Virus record (IMG/VR): IMGVR_UViG_3300020045_004509
Coordinates: 32,001 to 96,000 of that record
Direction: 5' to 3' (one strand)
DNA: 64,000 bases
Source of the DNA: a virus
The position numbers and the translations under genes are program-made. This document shows, in pieces, positions 60,125 through 64,000 of the stretch; the first letter of the stretch is position 1; every line of letters begins with the position of its first letter. The notes beneath the pieces are model-generated. The model was given only the letters and a program-made list of their open reading frames with translations, was not told where the DNA came from and did no database searches.

Positions 60125-60681
60125 TTTGTACTTTCAAATTTTTCTTTGAGGCGAAGATATTCAATATAATCAGGATCAGATTCCAACTTCAGCTTTTTGG
60201 AAACCTTTTCAATTAAGATATCAAAATCATCATTATCCCAAAACATACCTTCATCAAATGCAGTCAAAACTTCTCGAACAGTGTATTTTAGTTCTTCTGT
60301 TTTTGGAATCATTAGTGTTTCTTCTTCTTCAATCTTTTTAAACATACAATTGTTCTCTTCGCAATCATGGACACGATTGATTTCATCACAAGTACCAGTA
60401 GCATTCCAATTACAAGCACAAAAAGCGCATGAAACGTCATCAAATACTTCTTGGAATGTTCCAGAATCAATTTTGATAATCTTAGGGATTTTGGGTTCGG
60501 TTTTAAACATCATATTATGATTGCGAATGCATTGTTCCTGAACATCATCTACACAGCTACGGTTCAAAGTTTTATCATCAAACAAAGAACAACCATCACA
60601 CCCCCCATGTTCTTTTGCAGGAACACATTTCATTGATTCGCCGTTGATTGTATACAGATTACCAATTTCAAATTTTTCCAT
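60121..60681 (-). CDS. Cys-rich early protein (paralogue family)
   Basis: Start MEKFEIG after AAAGGA; contains modules of both 13912-14445 and 45252-45641. Confidence 0.7.
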   Translation of the reverse strand: MEKFEIGNLYTINGESMKCVPAKEHGGCDGCSLFDDKTLNRSCVDDVQEQCIRNHNMMFKTEPKIPKIIKIDSGTFQEVFDDVSCAFCACNWNATGTCDEINRVHDCEENNCMFKKIEEEETLMIPKTEELKYTVREVLTAFDEGMFWDNDDFDILIEKVSKKLKLESDPDYIEYLRLKEKFESTK

Positions 60682-61005
60682 GATATTTCCTTTGAAGTTA
60701 AGAATTGGTCGGGCTTTATTACTGTATTCTAGGTTCAACCAAATGATCCTGAGTCAAGCAACCTTTATTTCTCGCTTCGTTTTTCCCGATATTTTTCCGA
60801 AAACACGGTAAGGAGCTACCTTACCAACAACTCAATTATACGTCAATATCAACCATCTTTTCAAGGATTTTCAATATTCTTTTCTCAAATCTATTCTGAT
60901 TGATGATTTCTGTTGCTAAATCAATCTTCAAAAACCGAATTTCCTCATGAAGAATTGAAATCTGATCTTCCAAATGGGTAATTCTTGAATGATCTGAGTC
61001 TTCTT

Positions 61006-61596
61006 TCATTTTCCGTTTCCTATATTCTTAATTGATTCTGCTAAGGCATCAGTTTTCTTAGATGAACCAGACGATGATCCATAAAAGTATCCAATGACTT
61101 GTTGGGAAGCTGATGCAACATAACCAATGATAGACCCAATGAATCCTGATACAGCAGCAACAGTTGCAACATCTTTGATTGTAATACCCCCCGATAAAAT
61201 CTGGTAAGCCCCAAACAAAGACATACCCATTGTAACAGCAAACATAGAAAGAATCGCAACCCCTAACCAAAACGTGTTGTTGGTATGATACTTTCTTGCA
61301 TCTTTTGTGTCATCAACATAAGCAAGTTCAGTTGTTTGATTTAGTTTAGCATAATCAAACCCGATTTCAGCCATTTTTTCTTCATGTTCTTTATTGAGTT
61401 TCTGAAGTTCAACAATCTTATCGGGAGTCATTCCCGTTAGGACAGCTTGGGCAACTTCATCTTCTGACCCATCATCTTTTCCAAGAAAGATATTTGATAA
61501 AGACTTAACAGCAATTGCTGACATTGGCCCCCCAATGAGCGAAGCAACTGCGGGAGCCACCGTACCAATAATTTTTTTCCAATCAAAATTACTCAT
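61006..61596 (-). CDS. Holin-like membrane protein
   Basis: VAPAVASLIGGP, D..DAR, two TM helices, GYFYGSSSGS; adjacent to the endolysin. Confidence 0.7.
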   Translation of the reverse strand: MSNFDWKKIIGTVAPAVASLIGGPMSAIAVKSLSNIFLGKDDGSEDEVAQAVLTGMTPDKIVELQKLNKEHEEKMAEIGFDYAKLNQTTELAYVDDTKDARKYHTNNTFWLGVAILSMFAVTMGMSLFGAYQILSGGITIKDVATVAAVSGFIGSIIGYVASASQQVIGYFYGSSSGSSKKTDALAESIKNIGNGK

Positions 61597-61597
61597 A

Positions 61598-62140
61598 TTA
61601 TTCTACCCTATTCAAAACCCAGCCGTACAAAAAATTTTCTTGGGTTTCTTTACCCTCGCAAATTTCTACATAACGAACTGCTTGGAAAGCGTTAAGAAGT
61701 CTAAGGAGAACTTTTACCCCATCAGTTCCCCGTTTATCAATATAGATTTTCAAGGATGATAGGGTCATGTTTCCAATAGACCCATCAACAGTCATGTTTG
61801 GAAATAATTTAGCTTCTTGGTTAAGAACATTCAATGCCCGTTGAAGAAACTTTGACCCGGTTGCTACACCCATGTTCACGCCCGTATCAAAAAGTTCCCC
61901 AGCGATTTCAGGGCTAATATCAAATACTTTATCAAACTTTGGTTGAACCCAATACCGTTGACGGTAAATTTCTTTTGCAGTTCCTTTTGGTAAGTCTTTC
62001 ATATCCCCGGTATACCCAAAAGAACGGGCGACAAATTCAGTGATACCCCAATTGGTTGCGCCTCCTGAATCTTTTGGATCATTTGAATATGATCCTTCTT
62101 TCCCAATTAAAACATCTAATTCAGTTTCTAAATTTTTCAT
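61598..62140 (-). CDS. Endolysin, glycoside hydrolase family 108 with PG-binding domain
   Basis: EGSYSNDPKDSGGATNWGIT, LFDTGVNMG, LQRALN, VDGSIG, FLYGWVLNRV; CTAAATA 62167-62173. Confidence 0.9.
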   Translation of the reverse strand: MKNLETELDVLIGKEGSYSNDPKDSGGATNWGITEFVARSFGYTGDMKDLPKGTAKEIYRQRYWVQPKFDKVFDISPEIAGELFDTGVNMGVATGSKFLQRALNVLNQEAKLFPNMTVDGSIGNMTLSSLKIYIDKRGTDGVKVLLRLLNAFQAVRYVEICEGKETQENFLYGWVLNRVE

Positions 62141-62182
62141 AGTTTCCTAAAATAATCATGATTGACTATTTAGGAAAACAGA

Positions 62183-63481
62183 TTACATAAGTTCAGCTAA
62201 GGAATTCGCAACTGATTTATCATGCCTACGTTGTACATAGACAGGTAAAAAGAGAGAATGGGTAGTTTTGGATTTTGATGTGATCAATTCATTAAACGAC
62301 ACTTCAATAATAGAATTCGTATATGGAATACTTGGATCACGATCAGAATCTTTCAAACCAGTTCCAACATTCACATGAAGTAATCCATCAGAAGTTTCAC
62401 AGATCAAAGAACCAATCATACCAGAATACTTACCAGTACCTTCTTCGATACCAACACAAAGGAGATCGGCAGTATCTGAATTTTTGACCTTAACGTAGTT
62501 CTTACTACGCTTATCTTCAAAGACGGAATTCATGACTTTGATGATTATTCCCTCTTCTTTTTGAAGACGCATTTCAGCATAGTATTCCATACATTCTGCT
62601 AATGTCTTAACATTCTTATAATCGACTACAGAAACTTTGTTATCCCATTTCGTTGAAATTTCATTCAAAGTTTCTTGGCGAATGTTATAAGGAACAGTAC
62701 CCTTTCCCGCAAGGTATTCATGGATAGGAACAATATCCCAAATCACCAAACCAAGTGTTTTAGATTCTGCTTCTGATAACGTTCCCCTCACACACTTAGT
62801 ATATCGACCATTACTTACAGTTCGTGATTCAAATTTACCATCATTTTTGATAGCAAGCAATTCTCCATCAAATACTGAATTAACATGCCTAGTAAAGTAT
62901 TTGTCAAAACAATGATACAGATTCAAAGGCGAACCATTGCGGGAACGATAACTAACAATGCCTACATCGTCAACTTCTACAATTACTCGGCCCCCATCCA
63001 TTTTCTTATTGGCAGAAAATCCAACATTGTTTTCAAATTGTTGAAGATACTTTTCTGCTTTAGAATCAAATTTCGAGCACAAAAGAACTGAGAAATCAGG
63101 TACTAAATTCTTCCATACCTTAGACGCAATTGTATCAGATGCCCCACAACGCAGATCGTGAAGCATAATCCTACGAAGAATTTCTTGATCTTCTGGATGA
63201 AGTGTACTCATGATACCAACAACAAGATTCCTTGCCCTATCCCCAGTTATTTCCCGATTGATTAGTTTATCAATAGATTCAAATACATATTCATTCAACC
63301 CACTATCAGCAAATGAATCATATGAATCTTCAGGCTTAATCCAAAAATTTATTCTCGGATTGTATGCGTAATAAAACACTTTCTTCAGAAGTTCATTGTC
63401 TTTGTTTCGTTCAAGAATCGCTTGCTTTTCCTTAGTAGAAGAAGTAGAGGCGATTGATTCGATTATTTCATAGATGGTCAT
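62183..63481 (-). CDS. 30: ATP-dependent DNA ligase (gp30)
   Basis: KMDGGR, FDGEL, WD, EEGIIIK, KRSKNYVKVK, SLFLP. Confidence 0.93.
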   Translation of the reverse strand: MTIYEIIESIASTSSTKEKQAILERNKDNELLKKVFYYAYNPRINFWIKPEDSYDSFADSGLNEYVFESIDKLINREITGDRARNLVVGIMSTLHPEDQEILRRIMLHDLRCGASDTIASKVWKNLVPDFSVLLCSKFDSKAEKYLQQFENNVGFSANKKMDGGRVIVEVDDVGIVSYRSRNGSPLNLYHCFDKYFTRHVNSVFDGELLAIKNDGKFESRTVSNGRYTKCVRGTLSEAESKTLGLVIWDIVPIHEYLAGKGTVPYNIRQETLNEISTKWDNKVSVVDYKNVKTLAECMEYYAEMRLQKEEGIIIKVMNSVFEDKRSKNYVKVKNSDTADLLCVGIEEGTGKYSGMIGSLICETSDGLLHVNVGTGLKDSDRDPSIPYTNSIIEVSFNELITSKSKTTHSLFLPVYVQRRHDKSVANSLAELM

Positions 63482-63583
63482 TTTGGTTCCTTTGAAGTTT
63501 GGTTGATTATATCAGAAAATGCAATGTGCTATTTGCTATTTGTACGCCAGATTGTAACACAAAATTCACAAGAATGAAGTTTG

Positions 63584-63662
63584 GTTAAATAGATGGTTAG
63601 GTAAAGATTGCTGTCCTTACCAACACAGTAACGGAGAACCGTGCTGTCCCAAACTATTTAAC
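63584..63662 (+). promoter_or_regulatory. Structured leader with late TAAATA box upstream of HNH endonuclease gene (copy 2)
   Basis: GTTAAATAG/CTATTTAAC closing stem, GGTAAAGA/TCCTTACC, AACACAGTAACGG-AGAA-CCGTGCTGTCC. Confidence 0.7.
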
Positions 63663-63673
63663 GCGAGAACCTC

Positions 63674-64000
63674 ATGATTCAACATCCAAACATTATACAA
63701 AATAAATATTATAGATTATATCTAAGAATAATAGAATCAAATATTATTAATGAATCTGAATATAATGAAAATCACCATATTCTACCAAGAAGTTTAGGTG
63801 GAACTGATATAAAATCTAATTTAGTTAGATTGTCATCAAGAAGACATTTTCTATTACATTATCTATTGACTAAATTTACTATCAATCAGGCATTGTATAG
63901 CTGTAGAAAAGCATTTAATATGATGAAGGCTGGTAGGAATTATCAATATAGATACTTTAACTCAAGATTATATGAATCAAATAGAAAACATATGAGTGAA
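63674..64000 (+). CDS. HNH homing endonuclease (MobE-like), runs off the window
   Basis: Hand translation: NKYYRLYLRII...ENHHILPRSLGGTDIKSNLVRLSSRRHFLLHYLL. Confidence 0.85.
   Translation, partial: MIQHPNIIQNKYYRLYLRIIESNIINESEYNENHHILPRSLGGTDIKSNLVRLSSRRHFLLHYLLTKFTINQALYSCRKAFNMMKAGRNYQYRYFNSRLYESNRKHMSE

Noticed and set aside
254-63091. Many short antisense or nested ORFs in the track (e.g. 15621-16064, 20953-21336, 38143-38556, 39360-39776, 40037-40405)
   Set aside because: They shadow well-supported genes or a tRNA, and show no recognisable motifs
1-64000. Stop-codon reassignment (TAG/TGA recoding)
   Set aside because: Conserved genes are full-length in the standard code, and TAG and TGA end genes normally
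1-64000. CRISPR array, rRNA or integrase
   Set aside because: No regularly spaced repeats with unique spacers, no rRNA-like sequence and no recombinase motifs seen

Overview
AT-rich segment of a large T4-like myophage genome, read in the standard genetic code; the host is probably Gram-negative. The left ~15.6 kb is mostly small + strand early ORFs behind repeated TGnTATAAT promoter cassettes, interrupted by a - strand tailspike island. The rest is mainly - strand: tail fibre and baseplate genes (gp6, gp25, gp15, PAAR), denV, a C5 DNA methyltransferase, split topoisomerase II (52/60/39), tRNAs and tRNA-like RNAs, a vWA protein, large late proteins that are probably packaged in the head (ART-like, kinase-like), two RNA ligases, a Mom-like enzyme, a GH108 endolysin and DNA ligase. 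Three observations stand out. (1) A transposase-less, catalytically intact TnpB sits in the baseplate operon; its predicted guide is a 36-nt copy of the adjacent gene differing only at synonymous positions, which suggests an RNA-guided homing endonuclease with a self-immunised target. (2) Gene 60 carries a complete T4-style ribosomal bypass (GGG-UAG, UUCG hairpin, 44-nt gap, GGG landing) next to a non-HNH endonuclease. (3) A conserved three-way-junction leader precedes two unrelated homing endonuclease genes. All family assignments come from motif recognition by eye; no database search was run.
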